Assembly: GCA_965220725.1 (NCBI GenBank)
Contig: OZ244840.1
Coordinates: 2,560,552-2,624,551, forward strand
Origin: Arenicellales bacterium
Lineage (GTDB): Bacteria > Pseudomonadota > Gammaproteobacteria > Arenicellales > JAJDZL01
DNA length: 64,000 bases
Direction of reading: 5' to 3'
Numbering within the stretch: the first letter of the stretch is position 1; every line of letters starts with the position of its first letter. The position numbers were made by a program, and so were the translations under genes. Of the stretch, positions 47,352-57,175 are shown piece by piece. The notes beneath the pieces were generated by a model. That model was not told where the DNA came from. It saw nothing but the letters and a program-made list of their open reading frames with translations, and did no database searches.

Positions 47352-48469
47352 TGTCGAATTCATTCAATCCCCTTGATCTCGTCTCACCAGGACTGAGAAG
47401 TCTCAAACCATATGATCCGGGAAAACCGCTCGAAGAACTCGAACGGGAGTATGGCATCTCGGATGCAGTCAAGGTCGCATCGAACGAAAATCCACTCGGC
47501 GCCTCACCGCGCGTCAGGAAACTGCTGGAGACTAACGCAACGAGCATCCATCGGTATCCGGATGGTGCCGGACACGACCTCAGGCAGGTACTGGCACAGC
47601 GCCACAATGTGGACGCTGATCAGATCTGCCTGGGCAACGGATCCAATGATGTTCTCGATATGCTCGCCCGTGCATTTGTCAATCCCGGACAGGCGGGTGT
47701 GATCTCCCAGCATGCGTTCATCGTTTATTATCTTTCGCTGATCTACACACACGCCGAGATTCGGGTCGTTGATGCCCGGGATTATGGGCATGACGCCGCT
47801 TCCATGACCCGCGCGGTTGATGACAATACGGCAATCGTCTATTTCGCCAATCCGAACAATCCGACGGGAACCTGGCTGAGCGCCGGTGAACTGCGTCGAG
47901 TGATGGATCATACACCGCAGTCCGTCATCGTTGTGATTGATGAAGCCTATGCGGAATATGTCGATGAACCCGACTATCCGGACTGCATCACATGGCTACC
48001 CGAATATCCAAACCTGGTGGTGACCCGCACCTTCTCAAAGATTTTCGGCTTGGCAGGACTGCGCATTGGCTACTCGGTGTCCAGTCCCGAGATCTGTGAT
48101 CTATTGAATCGGGTGCGGCAACCGTTTAATTGCAACACACTGTCAATGGCGGCTGCGGTCACCGCATTGGAAGACCAGGAGCATTGCGAGCGCAGTCGGC
48201 GCCTCAATCTCGATCAGATGCAGTTTCTCAAACAGGGATTTACAGATCTGGGATTGAACGTAATTGATTCTGTGGGCAACTTCATATGCGTGGATCTGGA
48301 TCGCCCGGCCGCACCCGCGTACGAGAGACTTCTGCATCTTGGTGTAATCACCCGACCCATTGGCGGCTACGGCATGCCGAATCATCTGCGCGTTTCTGTT
48401 GGAACCGAATCCGAGAATGTCCGCGTGATGAAAGGATTCGAACAGTTGAAGGAGGACGCAGTCATCTGA
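47351..48469 (+). CDS. hisC: histidinol-phosphate aminotransferase
   Basis: NPNNPTG and TFSKIFGLAGLRIGY (PLP lysine) motifs. The ATG overlaps the pheA stop (TGATG). Confidence 0.9.
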   Translation: MSNSFNPLDLVSPGLRSLKPYDPGKPLEELEREYGISDAVKVASNENPLGASPRVRKLLETNATSIHRYPDGAGHDLRQVLAQRHNVDADQICLGNGSNDVLDMLARAFVNPGQAGVISQHAFIVYYLSLIYTHAEIRVVDARDYGHDAASMTRAVDDNTAIVYFANPNNPTGTWLSAGELRRVMDHTPQSVIVVIDEAYAEYVDEPDYPDCITWLPEYPNLVVTRTFSKIFGLAGLRIGYSVSSPEICDLLNRVRQPFNCNTLSMAAAVTALEDQEHCERSRRLNLDQMQFLKQGFTDLGLNVIDSVGNFICVDLDRPAAPAYERLLHLGVITRPIGGYGMPNHLRVSVGTESENVRVMKGFEQLKEDAVI

Positions 48470-49354
48470 GTGATGAACACCACTGAAATCAACAAGCTGC
48501 TGATTATCGGCGTCGGCTTGATCGGTGGGTCACTGGCATTGGCGCTGCGAAAGGCGGGAGTAGTCGGGGAAATCGTGGGCGCCGGACGACGCGTGGCGAA
48601 TCTCGATAAAGCCGTCGAACTGGGTGTCATCGACCGCTATACCCTGAATTTCGCAGATGAGGTCGATTCGTCAGACATGATTGTGGTGGCGACGCCTGTG
48701 TTGTCGATCGATTCAATTTTCGAAAAACTTGCAAGTTGCGATTACCGAAACGCCATCATCACCGATGTTGGCAGCGTGAAGGCACTGATCCTGCAAAGTG
48801 CCGAGCGGCATTTCGATCCTGATTATTCCGGCTTTGTACCGGCGCATCCGATTGCCGGCACCGAACACTCAGGCGTTGAGGCTGCATTCTCAGACCTTTT
48901 TGTCAACCGGCGAACCATCATCACACCAACCGATAGGGCAAACCCCAAGTCAGTGGAAAAAGTCAGAAACATGTGGCAGGCGACGGGTTCAACCATCCAT
49001 GAGATGTCCGTGAGTGACCACGATGAGATCTTGGCCGCCAGCAGTCATCTACCTCACCTGGCTGCTTTCGGACTAGTACACTACATTGCCAATCACGACC
49101 GCAACCAGGCATGCTTTGAGCTGGCGGCATCCGGATTCCATGACTTCACCCGCATTGCATCATCTGATCCCATCATGTGGCGCGACATCTGTGCCTCGAA
49201 TCGCGACTCGGTCATAAGGGAGCTGAATGGTTACATCGCTGAACTCCAGACCATTTCCCAGCGACTGTCCGACAACAACGTCGACAAGATTCAGATGACG
49301 TTCACTGATGCGAAGGCGGCCCGCGATCAATTCCTCTCCAGGTTCACGCGCTAG
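48470..49354 (+). CDS. tyrA: prephenate dehydrogenase
   Basis: Rossmann motif IIGVGLIGGSLALAL and the HPIAG motif. Start is either GTG at 48470 or ATG at 48473. Confidence 0.85.
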   Translation: MMNTTEINKLLIIGVGLIGGSLALALRKAGVVGEIVGAGRRVANLDKAVELGVIDRYTLNFADEVDSSDMIVVATPVLSIDSIFEKLASCDYRNAIITDVGSVKALILQSAERHFDPDYSGFVPAHPIAGTEHSGVEAAFSDLFVNRRTIITPTDRANPKSVEKVRNMWQATGSTIHEMSVSDHDEILAASSHLPHLAAFGLVHYIANHDRNQACFELAASGFHDFTRIASSDPIMWRDICASNRDSVIRELNGYIAELQTISQRLSDNNVDKIQMTFTDAKAARDQFLSRFTR

Positions 49355-49376
49355 AGTCTGCGCGAACGGCAAGGCA

Positions 49377-50690
49377 TTGACTGATTTTGTAGTCACTCCC
49401 AGTGGACCGTTGGCGGGTAGTCCAACGATACCCGGCGACAAGTCAATTTCGCATCGGGCCGTGTTGCTGGGCGCAATCGCCAACGGAACAACGAGAATAC
49501 GCGACATTCTCTATGGTGAGGATGTGCAACGGACAATCAACATCGTTCGTGCCTGTGGCGCAGAGGTCTCAAAGGATGGGGAGTCCATCGACATCACAGG
49601 GAAAGGACTTCACGGGTTGAGTGAACCCGAAGGCGATCTCTATTGCGGTAACTCCGGTACCGCAATGAGACTACTCACCGGATTGTTCGCGGGACAGGAT
49701 TTTCCGGTTCGCCTGATCGGGGATGAGTCACTGTCCAACCGCCCGATGCTGCGCGTGGTTGAACCACTTCGAAAAATGAATGCGCAGATTGGCTTGACTG
49801 AGACCGGCAGTGCACCGATTGAGATCTATCCTGCATTGAGATTGGACCCAATCACTTGGAAACTGCGCGTGGCCAGCGCCCAGGTGAAGTCAGCCATTTT
49901 GCTGGCAGGCCTGTATGCGTCCGGCCATACGACGGTTGTTGAACCAACGCGCACGCGCGATCATACGGAAAATCTGCTTGAGAGTTTTGGCTGTCCGGTT
50001 GATAGAAATGCACAGGCGGTATCCGTCGCGGGTGGATCCGAGCTGGAAGGCCAGCACGTCAGGGTGCCGGCTGATTTCTCGTCCGCCGCGTTCTTCATCG
50101 TTGCGGCGATGCTGATACCCGATTCTGAAATCGTTCTGAAAGGGGTTGGCCTCAATTCAACCCGATCGGCACTGTTGGATGTCTTGCTCGAAATGAATGC
50201 ATCGATTGAGACCGAAAACCATAGACTGACAGGAGCTGAGGAAGTGGCGGATGTTCGGGTGATGCATTCACCTGACCTGACCGGTACCGTTGTCAATCCA
50301 GAGGTGATTCCCTGGATGATCGACGAGATTCCAATCCTGGCAGTTGCCGCGGCGTTCGCTAAGGGAACCACTGTCATCACCGGTTGCGAGGAGCTTCGGG
50401 TCAAGGAAAGCGACCGCATTCACTCGGTTGTCGAGGGATTGAAAAACATCGGGGTTGACGTCCGCGAGCAGCAAGACGGAATGATTATCGAAGGTGGCAG
50501 ACCGGTAGGTGGAACCGTCGACAGTTTCGCCGACCACCGCATCGCCATGGCATTCGCCGTGGCTGGTGCGGCATCCAAAAACGGTGTGAAAGTCGAAAAT
50601 TGCGCTTGTGTCGATACGTCATTTCCCGGATTTGCATCACTCGCAAGAGTGGCAGGCATGGACATCCAGGTTGAAGGTGAAGCGCGGTGA
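49377..50690 (+). CDS. aroA: 3-phosphoshikimate 1-carboxyvinyltransferase (EPSP synthase)
   Basis: IPGDKSISHRA motif. A TTG at 49377 is the probable start. The track ORF (49308) overlaps the tyrA end. Start is uncertain. Confidence 0.88.
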   Translation: MTDFVVTPSGPLAGSPTIPGDKSISHRAVLLGAIANGTTRIRDILYGEDVQRTINIVRACGAEVSKDGESIDITGKGLHGLSEPEGDLYCGNSGTAMRLLTGLFAGQDFPVRLIGDESLSNRPMLRVVEPLRKMNAQIGLTETGSAPIEIYPALRLDPITWKLRVASAQVKSAILLAGLYASGHTTVVEPTRTRDHTENLLESFGCPVDRNAQAVSVAGGSELEGQHVRVPADFSSAAFFIVAAMLIPDSEIVLKGVGLNSTRSALLDVLLEMNASIETENHRLTGAEEVADVRVMHSPDLTGTVVNPEVIPWMIDEIPILAVAAAFAKGTTVITGCEELRVKESDRIHSVVEGLKNIGVDVREQQDGMIIEGGRPVGGTVDSFADHRIAMAFAVAGAASKNGVKVENCACVDTSFPGFASLARVAGMDIQVEGEAR

Positions 50691-51397
50691 ACCGTGACGG
50701 CAAGGTGATCACCATTGATGGACCGGCCGGTTCCGGCAAGGGTACCGTCGGTCAGAAGCTCGCACTGAGACTTGGATGGCACTTCCTTGACAGCGGGGCG
50801 CTGTACCGGGTTTGCGCGCTGATTGCCAGGGAACACTCGTTACACCCTTCCAATCATCAGGACATCATGGAAATGCTCGGTCAGCAGATCTTCCGGACGA
50901 TTCCCCGGGAGGAAGACGCAGAAGCCATGGTCACCCTCCACGGTCGGGATGTCAGCGAACTCATTCGAAGTCCGGCCAGTGCGCAGATGGCGTCTAAATT
51001 GGCGACCAACGGCAGTCTGCGCACCGAGTTGCTGGCTGTACAGCGCAATTATCCACAGCATCCCGGCCTGGTTGCCGATGGTCGGGATATGGGCAGCGTG
51101 GTTTTCCCGGATGCGGATTTGAAGGTGTATTTGGATGCCAGCCCGGAGGCAAGAGCAAAAAGAAAGCATATACAGTTGAATAAACTAGGAAAATGTGTTA
51201 ACTTTGACACTCTGTACGATGAGATCAGACAACGCGACTTGCGTGATTCAACTCGAAGCCACGCTCCGTTGGCGAAACCCGCCGGTGCGTTGGTCATTGA
51301 CACCTCATGCCTGAAGCCGGATGAGGTGTTGAATTGTATACTCGGCAAACTGAATAAAGTGTTCGGGGAGGAGATACAAATTGCAAATGGTACTTAA
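50687..51397 (+). CDS. cmk: cytidylate kinase
   Basis: ITIDGPAGSGKGTV P-loop. GTG start overlapping the aroA stop (GTGA). Confidence 0.9.
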   Translation: MNRDGKVITIDGPAGSGKGTVGQKLALRLGWHFLDSGALYRVCALIAREHSLHPSNHQDIMEMLGQQIFRTIPREEDAEAMVTLHGRDVSELIRSPASAQMASKLATNGSLRTELLAVQRNYPQHPGLVADGRDMGSVVFPDADLKVYLDASPEARAKRKHIQLNKLGKCVNFDTLYDEIRQRDLRDSTRSHAPLAKPAGALVIDTSCLKPDEVLNCILGKLNKVFGEEIQIANGT

Positions 51398-51423
51398 ACT
51401 CGAAGTGGAGTAAATTTTTTAAT

Positions 51424-53106
51424 ATGGAAGAGTCATTCCCTCAACTGTTTGAGGAGAGCATCAAGAACGTAGAGATGCGGGCAGGCGAAGTCGTGCTCGC
51501 CAAGATCGTAGACATTGATCGGGAGTATGTCCTCGTCAATGCCAATCTGAAGTCCGAAGCCGAAATCCCGATTTCACAATTCAAGGACATGAAAGGTGAA
51601 GTCAACCTGAAAATCGGCGATGAGGTAGAGGTTGAGATCGAATCAATTGAAGACGGCAGTGGACGTACCCGACTCTCGCGCGACAAGGCCTGTCGCGTTC
51701 GGGCCTGGGAGAAAATCGAGGCGGCACATGCGTCCCAGTCTGTGATCACCGGCGTGATCACCAGTCGGGTCAAAGGCGGTTTCTCTGTCTCACTGGAACA
51801 CGTAAGAGCCTTTCTGCCCGGTTCCCTCTATGGTGCACGGGTTGCGCCGGAAAACGAAGAATTTGAGTTCGAGACCGATCCGGTTGAACTCAAGATCATC
51901 AAGCTCGACCGGGCGCGCAACAATGTTGTCGTATCCAGGAAAGCCGTTCTGGAGAAGGAACTGTCTGAAGAGCGAGAAGCCCTGCTGGCGAGTCTCGAGG
52001 AAGGCCAGATCATCGAGGGTGTCGTCAAGAACCTGACCGACTACGGCGCATTCGTCAATCTGGGCGGTATTGACGGCTTGCTGCACATTACCGATCTCGC
52101 CTGGCGGCGGGTCAAGCATCCGTCTGAAATACTCACTGTCGATGAGCCGATCACCGTCAAGGTCCTCAAGTGTGATCGGGAACGATCCCGTATCTCACTC
52201 GGACTCAAGCAGTTGACTGAGGATCCCTGGCTGCATATCGACCGTCGATACAAAATCGGTGACAAATTGTTCGGCAACGTGACGAGTCTGACCGACTACG
52301 GCGCATTCGTTGAGATCGAGGACGGCGTGAAGGGACTGGTTCACGTTTCGGAAATGGATTGGACCTCCAAGAATGTCTATCCCGCCAATGTCTGCAGTGT
52401 CGGCGACGAGGTCGAGGTGATGATCCTGTCGATCGATACGGAAAGACATCGCATCTCACTGGGATTCAAGCAGTGTCAGCCCAACCCATGGGTGGATTTT
52501 GCGGCCAATCACGCAAAGGGTGAGCGAATCACCGGCGAGATCAAGTCGTTTACGGATTTTGGAATTTTCGTTTCGCTGGAGAGTGGAATCGATGGACTGG
52601 TGCACAGCAACGATGTTGCCTGGAGTGGCGACAGTGAGGCTGAGATCCGCAAGTACAACAAGGGTGACGATGTTGAGGTTGTGATCCTGACCATTGATGC
52701 TGAACGCCAGCGCATCTCTTTGGGGATCAAGCAGATTCAGGAAGACCCATTCATTTCATATGTCACCCAGAATGGCAAGGGTGCCATCGTGAAAGGAACT
52801 GTGGCACGGTTTGAGGAGAAGCGGGTTGCAGTGACTCTGACCGACGGAGTCGAGGGAATGATCCGGGACAACGAACTGGCCAAGAGCAAGTACAAGGAAG
52901 CCAAGGACGCACTGGAAATCGGGCAGGAGGTCGAGTCCAAGGTGCTGAGCATTGATCGGAAAAACAGGAAAATATCCCTGTCCATCAAGGCCTTGCTGAT
53001 TGACAGTGAGAATCAGGACTATCAGGACTATGCCAAGGAAGACACCGCCCCTGCACGGACACTCAGAGATAAGCTGAAAGAGAAGTTTTTCACCTCAACG
53101 GAATGA
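51424..53106 (+). CDS. rpsA: 30S ribosomal protein S1
   Basis: 560 aa with six S1 repeats (repeated ...G.V....GAFV.. motifs) and the expected synteny. Confidence 0.95.
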   Translation: MEESFPQLFEESIKNVEMRAGEVVLAKIVDIDREYVLVNANLKSEAEIPISQFKDMKGEVNLKIGDEVEVEIESIEDGSGRTRLSRDKACRVRAWEKIEAAHASQSVITGVITSRVKGGFSVSLEHVRAFLPGSLYGARVAPENEEFEFETDPVELKIIKLDRARNNVVVSRKAVLEKELSEEREALLASLEEGQIIEGVVKNLTDYGAFVNLGGIDGLLHITDLAWRRVKHPSEILTVDEPITVKVLKCDRERSRISLGLKQLTEDPWLHIDRRYKIGDKLFGNVTSLTDYGAFVEIEDGVKGLVHVSEMDWTSKNVYPANVCSVGDEVEVMILSIDTERHRISLGFKQCQPNPWVDFAANHAKGERITGEIKSFTDFGIFVSLESGIDGLVHSNDVAWSGDSEAEIRKYNKGDDVEVVILTIDAERQRISLGIKQIQEDPFISYVTQNGKGAIVKGTVARFEEKRVAVTLTDGVEGMIRDNELAKSKYKEAKDALEIGQEVESKVLSIDRKNRKISLSIKALLIDSENQDYQDYAKEDTAPARTLRDKLKEKFFTSTE

Positions 53107-53134
53107 CACAATTTGAAATTACGGAATATTGACT

Positions 53135-53434
53135 ATGACAAAAAAGGATTTGATTGACTCATTGGCCTCGATACACCATGATCTGCACAGGGATGATGTG
53201 CGCGTTGCTGTTGACCTGATTTTGAATTGCATCAGCGATGGTCTGGCTGAGGGCAAGCGTGCGGAGTTTAGGGGATTTGGCAGTTTGCAGTTGCGATACC
53301 GGGAACCGCGACGCGGTCGCAATCCCAGAACCGGTGATTCGGTTGATGTTGAGGGCAAGTATTTCCCGAGATTCAAGGCTGGCAGGATCTTGCGCGAACG
53401 GGTCAACAAGCCTGTTGAGAGTTTGAACGACTGA
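53135..53434 (+). CDS. ihfB: integration host factor subunit beta
   Basis: MTKKDLIDSLA...FGSLQLRYREPRRGRNPRTGDSV matches the HU/IHF fold. The ATG at 53135 is preferred over the TTG at 53129. Confidence 0.92.
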   Translation: MTKKDLIDSLASIHHDLHRDDVRVAVDLILNCISDGLAEGKRAEFRGFGSLQLRYREPRRGRNPRTGDSVDVEGKYFPRFKAGRILRERVNKPVESLND

Positions 53435-53503
53435 GTTTTGCGGCAGGTTTGTGCGCACCGGGTGTGTGGATTCAGATTCTTAAACTGAACCACAGGATTT
53501 TGA

Positions 53504-53752
53504 TTGAATAAGCTGTTAGTTGTCATTGTCGCATTGGTCGCCCTGGTTTTCGGGGTGACGTTCACGATCAAGAATCCCCAGGTCGTAGAGCTATCTTATT
53601 ATTTCGGCATCCACTGGATGGGGCCGCTGTCTTGGCTGGTCATCATCGTGTTCTCACTTGGCCTGCTTGCCGGAATCGTCGTCAGCCTGATTCTGTCGTT
53701 TCGCAAGAAACTGTTTTCCAACACCCGTAGCTCAAAAACCCAAGAGTCTTGA
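53504..53752 (+). CDS. lapA: lipopolysaccharide assembly protein A (DUF1049)
   Basis: 82-aa protein with two TM helices, directly upstream of lapB as in enterobacteria and pseudomonads. TTG start. Confidence 0.7.
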   Translation: MNKLLVVIVALVALVFGVTFTIKNPQVVELSYYFGIHWMGPLSWLVIIVFSLGLLAGIVVSLILSFRKKLFSNTRSSKTQES

Positions 53753-53755
53753 TTC

Positions 53756-54955
53756 ATGGATCCTGGATGGCTGATCGTATTGCTCCCCCTGGCCGCCGCG
53801 TCCGGCTGGCTCGCCTCAAATTCATTCAGGTTGCCGTGGCGACGGCGCAGCAGAATTCCATCGATCTATCTTCAGGGGATCAACTATCTTCTCAATGAGC
53901 AGCACGACAAGGCCATTGAATTGTTCCTGAACATGCTCGAGGTGGACCGGGAGACCATTGAAATTCACCTGACGCTCGGAAATCTCTATCGCCGAAGGGG
54001 CGAGATCGAGCGGGCCATCCTGATCCATGAAAACCTGATTGATCGTTCGGATCTGACCAGTGAGCAGAAAAACCAGGCGATCTACGAATTGGGACATGAC
54101 TTTTACACCGCAGGTATCCTGGATCGGGCAGAACGGATCTTCACCGAGCTGACCGATGATCCGGATTTTGAGGAGCAGGCCCTGGAGGCCTTGAGGGATA
54201 TCTATGAACAGGAAAAAGAGTGGGACAGGTGCATCGAGGTGACCAACAGCCTGATCCGGGCTTCATCGAATGACTATTCGGCATTGCTCGCACAGTATTA
54301 TTGTGAGAAAGCCGAAGAGGCAATTCGCGAGGGACGCTACGACACTGCAGAGGAGAACATCCAGAATTCGCTTGCAGCCGATTCGAACTGTGTGCGCGCG
54401 ATCCTGCAGTCGGGGCGGGTGAAGGCCATTCGCGGCGATCATCAGTCCGCCATTGAGACTTGGAGATCAATTGAGCAGATCGACCCGAAATATGTGCTGG
54501 AGACTGTCGATCTGGTGGCTGAGAGCTACAAGGCGATTGAGCAGACCGGGGAACTGGCAGAGTTTCTCAGATCGACTGCGGAAGCCACTTCCGACACCGA
54601 CCTGGTCGTTGCCTACGTGGACGCACTCGAAGCGCAGGGCATGGACAATGAGGCAGGCGAATGGCTGATCAATTGGACCAGAAGCCATCCATCCCTGCAT
54701 TGTCTGCATCGGTTGATACTGCTCAAGTTGAAGGAATCAGAAGGAAAAAGACCAACCAGGGATTTCATACTGATCGACAGCCTGATCCGGCGCGAAATGG
54801 AATCAACCAGGCACTATGAGTGTCAGCGGTGTGGATACGTTGTCAAGACGCTGCACTGGCAGTGTCCGGGTTGTCGCAGATGGAATTCGATTGTCGCGAC
54901 GCGTCCATTGCGGCAACTCAATCTCGGGCAGAAGCAGATTCAGGCGCAGGGGTAA
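53756..54955 (+). CDS. lapB: lipopolysaccharide assembly protein B (YciM)
   Basis: N-terminal TM helix, TPR repeats, and a C-terminal rubredoxin-like CQRCG...CPGC. Confidence 0.88.
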   Translation: MDPGWLIVLLPLAAASGWLASNSFRLPWRRRSRIPSIYLQGINYLLNEQHDKAIELFLNMLEVDRETIEIHLTLGNLYRRRGEIERAILIHENLIDRSDLTSEQKNQAIYELGHDFYTAGILDRAERIFTELTDDPDFEEQALEALRDIYEQEKEWDRCIEVTNSLIRASSNDYSALLAQYYCEKAEEAIREGRYDTAEENIQNSLAADSNCVRAILQSGRVKAIRGDHQSAIETWRSIEQIDPKYVLETVDLVAESYKAIEQTGELAEFLRSTAEATSDTDLVVAYVDALEAQGMDNEAGEWLINWTRSHPSLHCLHRLILLKLKESEGKRPTRDFILIDSLIRREMESTRHYECQRCGYVVKTLHWQCPGCRRWNSIVATRPLRQLNLGQKQIQAQG

Positions 54956-54961
54956 ACGCCC

Positions 54962-55765
54962 ATGCCATCAAATGTCACCGCAGTGATCGCCGGTTCCGGT
55001 GCCTCATCCTTGATGACGGGCATGGCGCAAGTGGACGAATTCAATATGATGACACCTTACGGTGACCCTTCTTCCTCGATTGTTGAGGCAATTTATCAAG
55101 GAAACAGGGTATTTGTACTCTACAGGCACGGAAGTGACCATGAGATACCACCACACAAGATCAATTATCGAGCCAATATCTGGGCGCTGTCCGAAATCAA
55201 CGTCAATGCAGTCATAGCGATAGCGACAGTGGGTGGGATATCACCCAGACTCAAACCAGGCACGTTGATGCTGCCGGATCAGCTGATCGACTACACGTGG
55301 GGACGGGAGTCCACATTTTACGATGGTGAGGATGGATTGGTCGGGCACTTGGAAATGACGACGCCATACTGTTCAAGTCTCAGGCAGCTGATCAGAAAAG
55401 CCGCAGGGAACCGCAACATTGATTTGGTCGACCAAGGCGTCTATGCGATCGCCCAGGGCCCAAGATTTGAAACCCCGGCCGAAATCAATCGCATGGAAAA
55501 CGATGGCGCTGATGTCGTTGGCATGACCGGCATGCCGGAAGCGGCACTTGCGGCAGAAAAATCGCTTTGCTATGCGTGCCTGAATTTTGTAGTCAATCCC
55601 GCAGCCGGGCGCGGAGACGGGGAGATCGGCATGGACGACATCAGGAAGGCATGGAATTCAGGTCAGGCGAATCTCAATGAGCTGCTGGCTGAGTCATTGG
55701 CGTTGATTGGCGCGTCCGACCTGATCCGTTCGGAATCGTCTGTTCTGAAGATGCAGGAACAGTAA
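54962..55765 (+). CDS. purine nucleoside phosphorylase family, methylthioadenosine/methylthioinosine phosphorylase-like
   Basis: 267 aa with the YRHG....PPHKINYRANIWAL and ADVVGMTGMPEA motifs of the MTAP/PNP-I family. Confidence 0.75.
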   Translation: MPSNVTAVIAGSGASSLMTGMAQVDEFNMMTPYGDPSSSIVEAIYQGNRVFVLYRHGSDHEIPPHKINYRANIWALSEINVNAVIAIATVGGISPRLKPGTLMLPDQLIDYTWGRESTFYDGEDGLVGHLEMTTPYCSSLRQLIRKAAGNRNIDLVDQGVYAIAQGPRFETPAEINRMENDGADVVGMTGMPEAALAAEKSLCYACLNFVVNPAAGRGDGEIGMDDIRKAWNSGQANLNELLAESLALIGASDLIRSESSVLKMQEQ

Positions 55766-55769
55766 TCGA

Positions 55770-56453
55770 TTACTGTATGAAGAATTCTGGATTCTCAGGT
55801 CTGACCATATAGAAAATGACACCGAACTTCGGATGGTCGAAGTAGTGCAACTCGCCGATCTTCACCTGTCGGCGGTCCTCAAGCCGATATTCCGGTGGAA
55901 CCGAATACAGGGTCACGGCTTCAGGCAGATACACGGTATCCTGAATGACTCTGGGTTGTGGACTGTAGGTTGCGTTGATTTCCGTTTGCAGCAGCTGTTG
56001 CACTTCGTACAGCGAAATCTCACCGGACAACAGCAACTGCGGGATGATGAATGAATCGGGATGCTCGATGTCGAGAGACACCGAAATCGTGTCTCTTTTC
56101 CGGACCGGTTCCTGAACCCAGCTGAGGTAGTTCAACAGTTCGTAGTCCGGATGTTCTTCCAGGATTTTGGCTATGTTCGTCAACTCCTTGGATTGCACGG
56201 GTATGGGCTGTTCGGGTCCTTCAACCTCGGGTTCGGCTGTTGTCGGCACATCCAATTCCACGGGTTCGACTACGATGCGTTCGGATTCCCTTTCGAACCA
56301 CTCAGTACTTTGATGCTTTGTCCCTGTATGGGCAAAAACAATGACCTCGATATGCACGGGGGCTGCTTTGACAGTCAGGGGCGCAGCGGTCAGCAGGACC
56401 AGACAGGCAGTTAGTACAGTTTGACGAAAATTCATTTTGAAATTGAAAAACAC
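55770..56453 (-). CDS. secreted hypothetical protein, possibly CsiV-family peptidoglycan-associated protein
   Basis: Signal peptide ...PLTVKAAP. An N-terminal HIEVIVF and a C-terminal HYFDHPKFGVIFYMVRP resemble what I recall of the CsiV family, which often neighbours mfd. Low certainty. Confidence 0.45.
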   Translation of the reverse strand: MFFNFKMNFRQTVLTACLVLLTAAPLTVKAAPVHIEVIVFAHTGTKHQSTEWFERESERIVVEPVELDVPTTAEPEVEGPEQPIPVQSKELTNIAKILEEHPDYELLNYLSWVQEPVRKRDTISVSLDIEHPDSFIIPQLLLSGEISLYEVQQLLQTEINATYSPQPRVIQDTVYLPEAVTLYSVPPEYRLEDRRQVKIGELHYFDHPKFGVIFYMVRPENPEFFIQ

Positions 56454-56553
56454 GCTCGGTTACAATAATTTTAATTGTTCTTCGGCACCTGTTTCAGCCT
56501 AATCCTGTCCAAACCACCAACTTTACTGGAAACGTCACCCAGCTTGAAAGACC

Positions 56554-57108
56554 ATGCCTGTTAAAGAAATTCTGAAAATGGGCGATCCACGATTGCTTCA
56601 AACATCAACGCCGGTGCATGAGAATGAATTCACCGGTCTTGATGCGATCATCAAGGACATGGTGGATACGATGCATGCTGCCGATGGGGCCGGTTTGGCC
56701 GCGCCGCAGATCGGCATCATGAAACGCATTGTGATTTTCGGCGTCGACCAAAATCCCCGATATCCAGATGCAGAGTCGGTGCCGTTTACAGTCCTGATCA
56801 ATCCGACCATTCATATTCTGGCTCCCGATGCGGAATACGGCTGGGAAGGTTGTCTCAGTGTTCCCGGCTTGCGGGGCATGGTGGCACGATACTCACGCAT
56901 CCGGTACACCGGCTTGGATGAGAAGGGCAACAGTATTGACCGTTCGGTCACCGGATTTCATGCCCGAGTGGTTCAACACGAATGTGATCATCTGGACGGC
57001 ATTCTGTATCCCATGCGAATCGACGACATGCAGTATTTTGGATTCGAGGACCAACTCGCAGGGATCGCGATGGATTGCCCGCCAACCCAGATATTGGATG
57101 TGGATTGA
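56554..57108 (+). CDS. def: peptide deformylase
   Basis: All three motifs are present: GLAAPQIG, EGCLSVPG and QHECDHLDG. Confidence 0.92.
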   Translation: MPVKEILKMGDPRLLQTSTPVHENEFTGLDAIIKDMVDTMHAADGAGLAAPQIGIMKRIVIFGVDQNPRYPDAESVPFTVLINPTIHILAPDAEYGWEGCLSVPGLRGMVARYSRIRYTGLDEKGNSIDRSVTGFHARVVQHECDHLDGILYPMRIDDMQYFGFEDQLAGIAMDCPPTQILDVD

Positions 57109-57175
57109 TGGCTTGGGAGGAATTCCGCTTCAGGTGGGTTCATCGGTAAGTTCGTCCACCACAGCCAGGTTTCGA

